Part shown: piece after piece, positions 43,641 to 53,081 of the stretch
Layout: each line of letters starts with the position of its first letter
Position numbering within the stretch: the stretch's first letter is position 1
Assembly (NCBI GenBank): GCA_964482515.1
Contig: CAYZXT010000009.1
Span: 16,251 to 80,250 of the forward strand
Reading direction: 5' to 3'
Source: an uncultured Elusimicrobia bacterium
GTDB lineage: Bacteria; Elusimicrobiota; Elusimicrobia; FEN-1173
DNA: 64,000 nucleotides
Program-made: the position numbers and the translations under genes
The notes under the pieces: generated by a model
Told to the model about the DNA's origin: nothing
Databases searched by the model: none
What the model saw: only the letters and a program-made list of their open reading frames with translations

Positions 43641-43667
43641 CTGAAAACGGTGTAGGATTTCTCGAAT

Positions 43668-43706
43668 AAAAAAAGGCTGTGCCGCCCGAAGCGACACAGC
43701 CTTTTA
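43668..43706. terminator. Bidirectional rho-independent terminator
   Basis: aaaaaaaGGCTGTGccgcccgaagcgaCACAGCCttttat. Confidence 0.55.
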
Positions 43707-43728
43707 TATTGAACGGCGGCTTGTTGAA

Positions 43729-45651
43729 TTAGAAGGACGCCCTGACGCCGAGGGTGACGGTGCGGCCCGCGGTTCCGTAGCTGAACACCTGCTGATATTC
43801 TTTGTCGGCCAGGTTTTCGACGCGCCCGAACAGCCGGAGATAGGGAAGGACTTGATAGGACGTCCCCAGGTTTATGAGGGTGTAGGAACCGAGCACGACC
43901 CTTTGGGACGGGAAGCCGGTGAAGTCCGTATCGAAACGGCGTCCCACGAAGACGCCATCGAGGTGGACGTTCCCTTTGGTGGAAAAATCATAATCCACGG
44001 AAGCGCCGGACTGGTTCCGCGGGCGGCGGATCAGCCGGTCGCCCGTGGAGACGTCCTCCGCGTGGGTGATGGTGTGGTTGGCCCGCAGCGTGAGCCCGTC
44101 CATGGGGCGGCAGCGTGCCGTGAACTCCCATCCGCGGGTCATGGCCCTGTCCCGGTTCGCGTATTGGCCCAAACCGCCCAGAGCCGCGGCGTCGAAGTCG
44201 ATGAGGTCTTCGAAGTCATTGCGGAAGAACGTCGCGCCGATGGAGCTACGCCCGCCGTAGAATTCCTGCTCTACGCCGGCGTCCCATCCTTTGCTTCTCT
44301 CCGGATCCAGGTTTGCGTTCCCGTAGAGAGAAAACAACTGGTAGAGGGACGGCGCTTTGAAGCCCGTTCCGTAGGTGCCCTTCACTTTCGTGTATTGAAG
44401 GGGCCAGTAAGCCGCGGTGGCGCGATAGGTCCCGACGGAACCGAAGCGGCTGTGTTTGTCCACGCGGCCCCCCACCGTGCCGAAGAAGGAATCGCCCACT
44501 TTGAGCTGGTCCTGTGCGTAGAAGCCGTTGGTGTACGCCGTTTCCCGGTCGAAGCTGCTGACGAAGGGGCCGAAGAAACTGGTGGAGACGGAATCGAACC
44601 GGCCGATCTCCTGTTCGAGGTCCGCGCCCAGGGTCAGCGTGTTGAACTTCACGAAGCGGAAGTCGTGCTGCCAATCCTGCTTGATGATGCTGCTTTTGTA
44701 GGCGGCGTGGAGCGAGTCCAGCGGGTGCGCCGCGTCGGTGAAGTCGTCATAGTTCCGGTCGTGGTGCGTGATGGAAAACCCGATCTTCTGGTCCCAGATG
44801 TCATCGAACAGAGACAGTTGTCCCTGGCCGCGGGCAAAGATCTCGCGCACGTCGGCGACATAGTTGGGATCGTCCTGCCCGGAGCTGTCGTCAAGATTAT
44901 TGTGAGACGCGTTGTAGCGCGACGTGAAGTCGATGGATGAGTTTTTCGTAGGGACGAAGCCGAGCCGCGCTGAGGCCGACGTGTTGCCGTAGCGGTCCGT
45001 CTCGCTGTTGCCGCGGGAGTCGTCGGCTTGGGAAAAACCGGCGGTATCGAAGCGGGACGCCTGCACGGCGTAGTTCACTTTCTCGGTGCCGCCTCTGATG
45101 CCTGCCTGCTCGCGGGAGGTCTGGTAGGTCCCGCCCTCATACTGGACGAACCCCTGCGGAGCGCCCACGCCTTTCTTGGTGATGATGTTGATCACGCCGC
45201 CCATGGCGTCGGAGCCGTACAGGGTGCTCTGGGGGCCGCGAATGATTTCGATCCTCTCGATGTTGTCCACGCTCAGGTGCGCGAGGTCGAAGAAGCGGCT
45301 GGTGGTGCTGGGGTCGCCGGTTTCGATGCCGTCGATCATGATCAGTGTGTGGCCCGAGTCGGCGCCGCGGATGAAGACGGAAGAGGGGCTGCCCACTCCG
45401 CCTGACTGGACCGTGTTGAGGGCGGGTTGAATGCGGAGCAGGTCGAGGACGTGGGTCTTCTGGCTGTTCTGGATGTCTTTTTGGTCGATGACGCTTACGG
45501 CGCTGGCGATATCCCGTTCCGAGGTCTCCAGCCGCGTGGCGGAGACGAGCAGGGCCGCGCTGACGATCGTGGGATCGAAGGCGTGGCTGGGAGCGGATAG
45601 GGCGAGAGTGATGGCTACGGATAGGATGGCGGAAAGTCTTTGACGGCGCAT
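43729..45651 (-). CDS. TonB-dependent outer membrane receptor (BtuB-like)
   Basis: Start MRRQRLSAILSVAITLALSAPSHA at 45651. The TonB box region is DPTIVSAAL. Plug motifs IRGADSGHTLIMIDGIETGDP and IEIIRGPQSTLYGSDAMGGVINIITKKG. C-terminal ...TLGVRASF. Confidence 0.8.
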   Translation of the reverse strand: MRRQRLSAILSVAITLALSAPSHAFDPTIVSAALLVSATRLETSERDIASAVSVIDQKDIQNSQKTHVLDLLRIQPALNTVQSGGVGSPSSVFIRGADSGHTLIMIDGIETGDPSTTSRFFDLAHLSVDNIERIEIIRGPQSTLYGSDAMGGVINIITKKGVGAPQGFVQYEGGTYQTSREQAGIRGGTEKVNYAVQASRFDTAGFSQADDSRGNSETDRYGNTSASARLGFVPTKNSSIDFTSRYNASHNNLDDSSGQDDPNYVADVREIFARGQGQLSLFDDIWDQKIGFSITHHDRNYDDFTDAAHPLDSLHAAYKSSIIKQDWQHDFRFVKFNTLTLGADLEQEIGRFDSVSTSFFGPFVSSFDRETAYTNGFYAQDQLKVGDSFFGTVGGRVDKHSRFGSVGTYRATAAYWPLQYTKVKGTYGTGFKAPSLYQLFSLYGNANLDPERSKGWDAGVEQEFYGGRSSIGATFFRNDFEDLIDFDAAALGGLGQYANRDRAMTRGWEFTARCRPMDGLTLRANHTITHAEDVSTGDRLIRRPRNQSGASVDYDFSTKGNVHLDGVFVGRRFDTDFTGFPSQRVVLGSYTLINLGTSYQVLPYLRLFGRVENLADKEYQQVFSYGTAGRTVTLGVRASF

Positions 45652-45689
45652 TGGAATTCTCCTTGTTCCCCCCGAGGGGATATGAAATA

Positions 45690-45915
45690 AAAAACCCACT
45701 TCCAACGCGGAAATGGGTAACGGAGAATCAAACGCCGTAGATGCCGGCGGCCTCCCTATAAATAGGAACAACGCTACCGGCGAGCCCTTCCCGCGAAGGA
45801 AAATCTACCTTTTAGTCGACCGGACTTAGACGCGTTTGCGCGCGCCCATTACCGTTGCGGGGCAGTCCCGGAATCACACCGGGTTCCTCTAAAAGGGAGT
45901 GAGCGAAAGAACTGG
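45690..45915 (-). ncRNA. Candidate cobalamin (AdoCbl) riboswitch in the 5' leader of the TonB-dependent receptor gene
   Basis: Reverse-strand RNA reads AGAGGAACCCGGUGUGAUUCCGGGACUGCCCCGCAACGGUAAUGGG (forward 45845-45890). This resembles the conserved Cbl-riboswitch core (GGAA.CCGGUG.GAAUCCGG.ACGGCCCCGC.ACUGUAA). It sits in a ~440-nt leader with AAGGAG 5 nt before the AUG. Confidence 0.5.
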
Positions 45916-46001
45916 CCTGAGTATGAGAAATTAATCGGCGGGTGTAAAGTAAAAATAATTGGAACTGTTTTGTGGATAGGGGCGTTCCCTTAATTTCAAG
46001 C

Positions 46002-46031
46002 TTGACAGGTGGCGCGGCTGACTTCTATAGT
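46002..46031 (+). promoter_or_regulatory. Candidate sigma70 promoter for the tolC-RND operon
   Basis: TTGACA (46002-46007), an 18-nt spacer, then TATAGT (46026-46031). Confidence 0.4.
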
Positions 46032-46088
46032 AGTGTTTCGTTTCTTCCACTGAATGAGACGCTAAAACCCGTTCACTCATAACAACAC

Positions 46089-47408
46089 ATGAAGCAATCC
46101 CCCATGGCGCACGCGCGTACAATATATGGATTCGTCATTTTACTTGCCCTTTTGGGAGCGGCGTCCTTTGGGTTCGGGGCTGCTCCGGCGGGTCCGTCCC
46201 CGGTCACGCTCCGCCAATGTTACGAATGGGCGAAGGCGCGGAACGAGGACCTCAAGATCCGGCAGGAAGACATCGTCCAGTCCAAGGCCCGCGCCCGCGC
46301 GGCCCTGGGCGGCGCCTATCCCAGCGTGGACTGGAAATGGACGGACACCTGGCAGGACCCCAAGGGCGTGGACAAGCTCGAGTCCCGGGGGTTCAGCGGG
46401 TTCGTGGAAAAGAGCCAAATCGATTCCCGGTTTTCCGTCAACCAGCCGATTTTCTCCGGGTTGAGGGAATTTTCCGCCTACAAGGGGTTCAAGCGGGAAA
46501 GCGCCAAGAACGCGCTGCTGCTGGAAAGGGCCGACAAAGAACTTTTCGCCAGGACGGCCGACGTTTTCTACACGGTGGTGCTGCATGAGACCGACCGGGA
46601 AAACACCGAGGCCTCGCTCCGCCTGGCCCAGGACCGCGTCAAGGACCTGGGCCGGTTCAAGCGCCTGGGCAAGGCCCGGGACAGCGAAGTGTTCACGGCC
46701 GAGGCCCACGCCGCCGCGCTCAAGGCCCGCCTGCAGCAGATCCAGTCCCGCCTCGGCTCCGCCCGCGAGGAGCTTTCCTATTTAACCGGCCAGGACCTCT
46801 CCACCCTTCCGATTTTGGACGAAATCCCCAACCCGCCGGACGTCAGCGACCTGGACGCATTCCTGGTCCAGGGGAAGAACCGCACGGACCTGCAGGCCCA
46901 GCGGGAAGACGTCGCCGCGCGCCGGCTCCGGATCCGGTACGAGAAGGGGTCCTATTGGCCGAGCGTGGACGTGACCGGGAATTATTACACGCAGCGGGCC
47001 ACCTTCCTCGAAGACATTCAGTGGGACGTGATCCTGGCGCTGGAGGTCCCGCTTTTCCAGGGGGGAGCGGTTTCGGCCCGCGTGAAGGAAGCCACCGCCG
47101 CCTATCGCCAGTCGATCCTCACGCTGCAGGCCATGGAGCGCGAAGTCTATCACTCCATCCGGCAGACCCACGGCGAACTCCTTGCCGCCATGCGGGAAAC
47201 CCAATCCTTGGAAGAGGCCTCCGCGGCCGCGCAAAAAAGTTATGACGCGCTGCTGGACGAATACAAGCTGGGCCTGGTCACGAACCTGGACGTCCTGCAG
47301 GCCCTCGACCTGTTGCAGGCCCAGAACAGCGCCCGCGACGCGGCCCGCGTCAACATGAAGATGTTGTTCATCCGGCTCAACGTCACCGTGGAGAAAATGG
47401 CGTCATGA
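46089..47408 (+). CDS. TolC-family outer membrane efflux protein
   Basis: Signal peptide, then the two-repeat OEP architecture (LTLRQCYEWAKARNEDLK...). 439 aa. Confidence 0.8.
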   Translation: MKQSPMAHARTIYGFVILLALLGAASFGFGAAPAGPSPVTLRQCYEWAKARNEDLKIRQEDIVQSKARARAALGGAYPSVDWKWTDTWQDPKGVDKLESRGFSGFVEKSQIDSRFSVNQPIFSGLREFSAYKGFKRESAKNALLLERADKELFARTADVFYTVVLHETDRENTEASLRLAQDRVKDLGRFKRLGKARDSEVFTAEAHAAALKARLQQIQSRLGSAREELSYLTGQDLSTLPILDEIPNPPDVSDLDAFLVQGKNRTDLQAQREDVAARRLRIRYEKGSYWPSVDVTGNYYTQRATFLEDIQWDVILALEVPLFQGGAVSARVKEATAAYRQSILTLQAMEREVYHSIRQTHGELLAAMRETQSLEEASAAAQKSYDALLDEYKLGLVTNLDVLQALDLLQAQNSARDAARVNMKMLFIRLNVTVEKMAS

Positions 47409-50400
47409 GACTTTCCGACATATCCATCAAGAACCCCGTCTTCGCCTGGATGCTGATGATCGGCATGATCCTGTTCGGGATCATCGGCTTCACGCAGATC
47501 GGCAAGAGCATGCTGCCGGACGTGGATTTCCCGGTGCTCACCATCTCCACGAAATGGGAAGGCGCCTCGCCCGAGGTGATGGAGACGGAAGTGGTGGACA
47601 CGATCGAAGACTCCATGACGTCGGTGAAGGGCGTCAAGAAGATTTCGTCCGTCACCCGCCAGGGCCAGGCCATGATCACCATCGAGTTCGAGCTCAAGAC
47701 CGACGTGGACGTGGCGCTCCAGGAAGTGCAGAGCAAGATCTCCCAGACCCAGTACGAGCTTCCCAAGGACATGGACCCGCCGATCATCAGCAAGATCAAC
47801 CCCGACGACCAGCCGTTCATGTGGATCTCCCTCTCCGGCGACCGCCCGGTGCGGGACATGATGGAGTACGTCAACGACGACCTGAAGGACAAGTTCACCA
47901 CCATCCCGGGCGTGGGCGACATCTTCCTGGGCGGGTTCATCGAACCGTCCGTCCGCGTCTGGCTCGATCCGGAAAAGATGCGCCAGCGCGAGATCACCGT
48001 GGACGACGTCCTCGCCGCTCTGCGCAACGAGCACACCGAGCTTCCGGCGGGATATCTGGCCACCCAGGAAAAAGAATGGAACCTGCGGGTCATGGGCGAA
48101 GCCCAGAGCCTCGAAGATTTGGAGAACCTCATCATTTCGGACCGGAGCGGCCGGCCCATCTACACGCCGTTCCGCTTGAAGGACGTCGCGGAGATCGAGG
48201 ACGGGCTGTCCGATCCCCGCGGCATGTCGCGTGTCAACGCGCGCCCGGCGGTCGGGCTCGGGATCCTGAAACAGCGCAACGCGAACATGGTGGACGTGGG
48301 CACGCGGGTCAAGGCGCGGGTCGAGGAACTGCAAAGCACCCTGCCCAAGGGGATGATCCTGGCCGTCAACTACGACGGGACCAAGTTCGTCGAAGACTCG
48401 ACCGAGGAACTGAACTTCAACCTCATCCTGGCCGCGGTCCTCACGTCCCTCATCTGCTGGCTGTTCCTCGGGTCCTGGAGCTCGGCGGTCAACATCATCC
48501 TGGCGATCCCCACGTCGATCCTGGCGACCTTCATCGTCCTCTATTTCCTCGGCTACACGCAGAACACCTTCACGCTGCTCGGGCTGACGCTCGTCATCGG
48601 CATCGTGGTGGACGACGCCATCATGGTGCTGGAGAACATCGTGCGCCACCGCGAGGAGGGGGAGTCCCAGGTCCACGCCGCCCTCCTGGGCGCGCGGGAG
48701 ATCTATTTCCCGGCCATGGCCGCGTCCGTGGCCATCCTGGCGATCTTCGTGCCGGTGCTGTTCGTCAAAGGCGTGATCGGCAAATACTTCATGCAGTTCG
48801 GCGTCACGATCTCGGCGGCCGTCATGTTCTCGCTGCTGGAGGCGCTGACGCTGGCGCCCATGCGCTGCGCGCAGTTCCTGAAGGTCGGCGAGCACCGCGG
48901 GCCGTCGAAATGGGTGGACAACGCCGTGGAGTGGATGACCGTGAAGTACAAGCAGGTCCTGTCCTGGATATTCGATCCGGCCGCCGCCGGCCACGGGCCC
49001 CGGAACGTCCCGACGAAGACGTATTCGTTCTTCATGACGCTCGTCCTGGCCGCCATCGCCCTCGGCGCCGGTCTGGCGTTGAACGCCGGGATCTTCATGG
49101 CCGGGCTGAAACTTTTCCACGTCGAAAAACCGATGCCGTGGGCCGTGGGCCTGGCCGTGGCACACATGATGTTCTGGCCGGTCTTCGTTTCCTGGAGGCA
49201 CCATCGCTTCAGCCTCTGGAAGCCCTACTGGGGTTTCTTCACCGCGATCTATCGCCACATGACGGACCGCCCAGTCGTGATCGTGACCGCGGCATCGTTC
49301 ATCTTCCTCGCGTCGCTGTCGCTCTTCGGGGTCATTAAAAAGGAACTGATGCCGTCCCAGGACCAGAGCATGCTCCTGGTCTCGCTCGAAACGCCCGTGG
49401 GGTCGTCCCTCCAATTCACCGACGATACCTTCAAGAAAGCCGAGGACTACATCCTGAAGCGCGGCGAGGTGGAGCGCTACTACACGGCGGTGGGCGGTTT
49501 TGAGGGCGGAGAGATCAACTCCGGCATGATCTTCGTCACTTTGAAGCAGCCGAAGGAACGCCCGGTCCCGCAGGGGCGCAAGAAGCCGTTTTCCCAGTCG
49601 GAACTGATGGCCGAGTTCCGGCGCGACCTGGGCGCGATCCAGGGCGTTTCGAAGGCGTTGTTGATCGACCTTTCGCAGGGCGGCAATGACGCGGGCAGCG
49701 GTTTCCCCGTCGAGTTCACCCTTCAGGGGCGCGACTGGGGCCAGCTGGCCGACCTCAGCGAAAAGTTGCAGGAAAAGATGAAGGCGTCGGGCATGATGGT
49801 GGACGTGAACTCGAACTACAAGCTCGGCATGCCGGAGGTGCAGATCTGGCCCGACCGGCAGGAAGCCGCGCTCCGCGGCGTGAGCGTCGCCTCCATCGGC
49901 AACGCGGTGAACGCGACCCTGGGCGGCGTCCGCGCCGGAAAGTTTTCCAAGGGCGGCCACCGCAACGACATCCGCGTGCGCTTCAAGCCCGTCGACCGGA
50001 CGAAGAAGGAAGACATCGGCAAGATTTTGGTCCGGAACAACCGCGGCCAGGTCGTGCCGCTGCCTCAGGTCGTGAACGTGACCGAGAAGCAGAGCCTGCT
50101 CAGCATCACGCGGCAGAACCGTTCCCGCGCCATCACGCTCTACGCCAACGTCGCCCCGGGGAAATCCCAGGCCGAGGCACTGGCGGCGGTGAAGCAGATG
50201 GGGAAGGAGCTTCCCGAGGGCGTCCGGCTCGTCCCGTCGGGCGCGGCCGAGACGTTCCAGGAGGCCTTCGTGGGCCTCGTGTTCGCGCTGGTCCTGGGGG
50301 TCATCGTGGCCTACATGGTCCTGGGCGCGCAGTTCAACAGTTTCATCCACCCCGTTTTGGTTTTGATCGCCCTGCCCTTCAGCGTCACGGGCGCGGTTCT

Positions 50401-50821
50401 GGCCCTGGTGATCGGGAACCAGTCCCTCAACATGTTCAGCATGATCGGCCTCGTGCTTTTGATGGGCATCGTGAAGAAGAACTCCATTTTGCTGGTGGAC
50501 TTCACCAACGAGCGGCGGAAGAAAGGCCTTTCCGTCACGGACGCTTTGGTCGACGCCTGCCCGATCCGGCTGCGGCCCATCGTCATGACCTCCGTCGCGA
50601 CGATCTCCGCCGCCATACCGCCCGCCCTGGCGCTCGGCCCCGGCGCCGAGACCCGCGTGCCCATGGCGCTGGTGATCATCGGGGGCGTGGCCGTCTCCGC
50701 GTTCCTCACTCTCTTCGTCGTCCCCTGCGCCTACAGCCTCATGGCCCACCTGGAATCGCACAAACACGACAAGCAGCTGAAGGAAGCCCTACGCGAACTG
50801 GGCGAGCTCCCGCCCGCCTAG
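47405..50821 (+). CDS. RND-family efflux transporter (AcrB/HAE1-type inner membrane pump)
   Basis: 1138 aa with 12 TM helices and two large periplasmic loops. ATGA overlap with the upstream gene. GLVLLMGIVKKNSILLVDF is the conserved TM motif. Confidence 0.9.
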   Translation: MRLSDISIKNPVFAWMLMIGMILFGIIGFTQIGKSMLPDVDFPVLTISTKWEGASPEVMETEVVDTIEDSMTSVKGVKKISSVTRQGQAMITIEFELKTDVDVALQEVQSKISQTQYELPKDMDPPIISKINPDDQPFMWISLSGDRPVRDMMEYVNDDLKDKFTTIPGVGDIFLGGFIEPSVRVWLDPEKMRQREITVDDVLAALRNEHTELPAGYLATQEKEWNLRVMGEAQSLEDLENLIISDRSGRPIYTPFRLKDVAEIEDGLSDPRGMSRVNARPAVGLGILKQRNANMVDVGTRVKARVEELQSTLPKGMILAVNYDGTKFVEDSTEELNFNLILAAVLTSLICWLFLGSWSSAVNIILAIPTSILATFIVLYFLGYTQNTFTLLGLTLVIGIVVDDAIMVLENIVRHREEGESQVHAALLGAREIYFPAMAASVAILAIFVPVLFVKGVIGKYFMQFGVTISAAVMFSLLEALTLAPMRCAQFLKVGEHRGPSKWVDNAVEWMTVKYKQVLSWIFDPAAAGHGPRNVPTKTYSFFMTLVLAAIALGAGLALNAGIFMAGLKLFHVEKPMPWAVGLAVAHMMFWPVFVSWRHHRFSLWKPYWGFFTAIYRHMTDRPVVIVTAASFIFLASLSLFGVIKKELMPSQDQSMLLVSLETPVGSSLQFTDDTFKKAEDYILKRGEVERYYTAVGGFEGGEINSGMIFVTLKQPKERPVPQGRKKPFSQSELMAEFRRDLGAIQGVSKALLIDLSQGGNDAGSGFPVEFTLQGRDWGQLADLSEKLQEKMKASGMMVDVNSNYKLGMPEVQIWPDRQEAALRGVSVASIGNAVNATLGGVRAGKFSKGGHRNDIRVRFKPVDRTKKEDIGKILVRNNRGQVVPLPQVVNVTEKQSLLSITRQNRSRAITLYANVAPGKSQAEALAAVKQMGKELPEGVRLVPSGAAETFQEAFVGLVFALVLGVIVAYMVLGAQFNSFIHPVLVLIALPFSVTGAVLALVIGNQSLNMFSMIGLVLLMGIVKKNSILLVDFTNERRKKGLSVTDALVDACPIRLRPIVMTSVATISAAIPPALALGPGAETRVPMALVIIGGVAVSAFLTLFVVPCAYSLMAHLESHKHDKQLKEALRELGELPPA

Positions 50822-50934
50822 CCGGCTTCCCATCCATTACGGGCCGCGACGCCTTTCCGACGGAGGTTTGACATCGTCGACGGAAAGCTGTCTAATGTAC
50901 TGGACAAAGGTTCGACCTATTCGCCGACAAGAAC

Positions 50935-50971
50935 GCCCAGGGAGGTGGTTTGTCCTGGGTTTGTTTTATTT
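50935..50971 (+). terminator. Rho-independent terminator after the RND gene
   Basis: CCCAGGgaggtggtttgtCCTGGGtttgttttatttt. Confidence 0.55.
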
Positions 50972-51005
50972 TCAGGCGGCGGAACAATTTGATGCGGAGG
51001 AATGA

Positions 51006-52400
51006 ATGCGTCCCTTTCGGATGAGAAGTCTGCTCGACAGCCTGTTGTTTCTGGGGATCGCCACCGCCCTCAATTACGCCTGGCTGATCAACAACCCCGC
51101 TTTCCGCGATTGGCCCTGGCACCCGTACCTGATGATCATCGCCCTCATCGGTTTGTTCTACGGCTTCTGGGAAAGCCTCGCCTGTCTCTGCCTCTGCGCC
51201 CTGTTCTATACCACGCAGTTGACGGTCCTGGGCATGCCTCTGGAGGCGATCTTCGCCGGCCAGGACGCCCGGAACCTTTTCGCTTTCCTTCTGGCTTCTC
51301 TTTTCTTCGGCGAAACGGGCGAGCTTTACAGACGGAACATCGAAATGTCCCGCGAACGCGCCCTCGCGGCCGAGGCCGCGAAGAACAAAACCGCCGACGA
51401 GAACCAAAGCCTTTGGGAAGTCAACCGCGAGCTGCAGGAGCGCGTGCGTTTCATGGAGTCCCACCTGACCACGCTGCGGGAGACGTCGGACCGGCTTCAG
51501 TCGCTTGACGAGCGGAATGTCCTGGACGGCGCGCTGGAATTCCTGATGAAGATGACCGGGGCCGAGGGCGTGTCCCTGTATCTGCTGGACGGGAAGAACA
51601 ACGCTTTCTGGCGGCAGGCATCTATCGGCAAATCCCCTGAGCCGGCGAACCCGGTTTCCGTCCCCGCCGATGCGTTCCCGTTCAACCGGCTCATGCAGAA
51701 GCCGGCCGTCTATTCCGTGCGCGAAAAACCGGACCGCGCGGGCGGCGGGTCCGCATTGAGGTGGATGGCCGCCATGCCGCTGCTGCGGCGGGGCATGCCG
51801 GAAGGCGTCTTCTTCGTGGAGACCATGCCGCTCCTCCGTTTGACCGAGCAGCTTTTACAGGACATGGAAGCCGTTTCCGAGGTCGTCAACCGCTGCGTGG
51901 CCAACGCGCAGGTCTTCCAGGCTAAGACCGAGTCCGCCCCGGCGGGCGGCGTGCTTGTGTCCGGGGACCTGTTCCGCGATCTCGTCGATAAGGAACTGAT
52001 GCGGACCCGCCGCCATAAATCCGCGGCCAGCCTTTTGAGTTTCCGGATCAACGGTTACGAAGGCCTGCGCGAAAGGATGGGCGAGGACGTGGCGCGCTTC
52101 ATCCTCGACCGCGTCATTCAGATCGCCGGCAGGAACAAACGACAGACCGATGTGCTTTGCCACCTCGGCGCGGGACAATTTTCCATGCTCATGCCACACA
52201 CATCGCCGGACCAGATCCATCCCTTCATTTACCGGACGCGGGAAGAAACGGCCCAGCTCCCCCTGGACGGTTCATCCGAAGAGCGCGTCGGCCTTTCCTT
52301 CGGCGTCTACGGCCTGGACGAAAAAACCAGCGACGCCGTGGACGTCATCCAGGGCGCGGAGCGCATGCTGAAGGAATCCTTCGAAGGCGGGAACAACTAG
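51006..52400 (+). CDS. pelD: PelD-like membrane c-di-GMP receptor (TM, GAF, degenerate GGDEF)
   Basis: Four N-terminal TM helices, a coiled-coil, a GAF-like region, and a C-terminal GGDEF-like fold with GAGQF in place of GGDEF. It heads a cluster with PelF/PelG homologs. Confidence 0.5.
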   Translation: MRPFRMRSLLDSLLFLGIATALNYAWLINNPAFRDWPWHPYLMIIALIGLFYGFWESLACLCLCALFYTTQLTVLGMPLEAIFAGQDARNLFAFLLASLFFGETGELYRRNIEMSRERALAAEAAKNKTADENQSLWEVNRELQERVRFMESHLTTLRETSDRLQSLDERNVLDGALEFLMKMTGAEGVSLYLLDGKNNAFWRQASIGKSPEPANPVSVPADAFPFNRLMQKPAVYSVREKPDRAGGGSALRWMAAMPLLRRGMPEGVFFVETMPLLRLTEQLLQDMEAVSEVVNRCVANAQVFQAKTESAPAGGVLVSGDLFRDLVDKELMRTRRHKSAASLLSFRINGYEGLRERMGEDVARFILDRVIQIAGRNKRQTDVLCHLGAGQFSMLMPHTSPDQIHPFIYRTREETAQLPLDGSSEERVGLSFGVYGLDEKTSDAVDVIQGAERMLKESFEGGNN

Positions 52401-52415
52401 AAGGCCAATTCATCC

Positions 52416-53081
52416 ATGACGGCCCAAACCCCCACCCTTAAAACCCATAAAAAGATGGGATTGGACATCCTGCCCTACCGGATCCTCGTGCGGCACTGGA
52501 GCCCGAAAGAGCGCATGCGTTTGAACCAGGCGCTTTACGACAGCGGCCACGCCGAGGCGAGTCGGATCCTGCACGAATCCCTGGGCGCGCGGGAAGAGCC
52601 GGTCCGTCTGTTCGCGGCCCAGGCCCTGGAGTTCATCTCGACGCGGCGCTTCGCGGCCATCGAGTCCCTGCGCGCGGCGCTGCGCAAGACGCCGAACGAC
52701 GCGTCCCTTCGCCTGGAGATCGCCGACCGGTTGAAAGAGTACGCGGAGGAAGGCGTTTTCGTGGATTCGATCCGCCACCATTTTTTCCGCGAAGCCGCGG
52801 AGCATTTGTCTTTGGCCCTGGCGAAATCGCCGGAGGCGCCGGCTTTCCTGTTCCGGCTCGGAGAGCTCCATTTCCTTTTGGGCGAGAACGCGGCGGCCGC
52901 GGAACCGCTGGAAAAAATCCTCCCCGACGCCGATGAATATCCCCGGGCCCGCTGGCTGTTGGCGGAGATCGCGTTTAAAGAGGGTCGGATCGATGCTGTC
53001 CGGGCCGAATGCGCGCGGCTGTCCGGTTTCGCGATGCCGCCGGAGATCCATCGGGCGGTTCAGCATTGGAAGGCCCAATGA
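52416..53081 (+). CDS. TPR-repeat protein (PelE-like, or a PelB TPR part)
   Basis: 221 aa of TPR-like helical repeats. ATGA overlap with the next gene. Confidence 0.5.
   Translation: MTAQTPTLKTHKKMGLDILPYRILVRHWSPKERMRLNQALYDSGHAEASRILHESLGAREEPVRLFAAQALEFISTRRFAAIESLRAALRKTPNDASLRLEIADRLKEYAEEGVFVDSIRHHFFREAAEHLSLALAKSPEAPAFLFRLGELHFLLGENAAAAEPLEKILPDADEYPRARWLLAEIAFKEGRIDAVRAECARLSGFAMPPEIHRAVQHWKAQ

Noticed and set aside
47240-50767. 1175-aa minus-strand ORF
   Set aside because: Antisense to the strongly supported RND transporter, with low-complexity D/H/R/G-rich translation.
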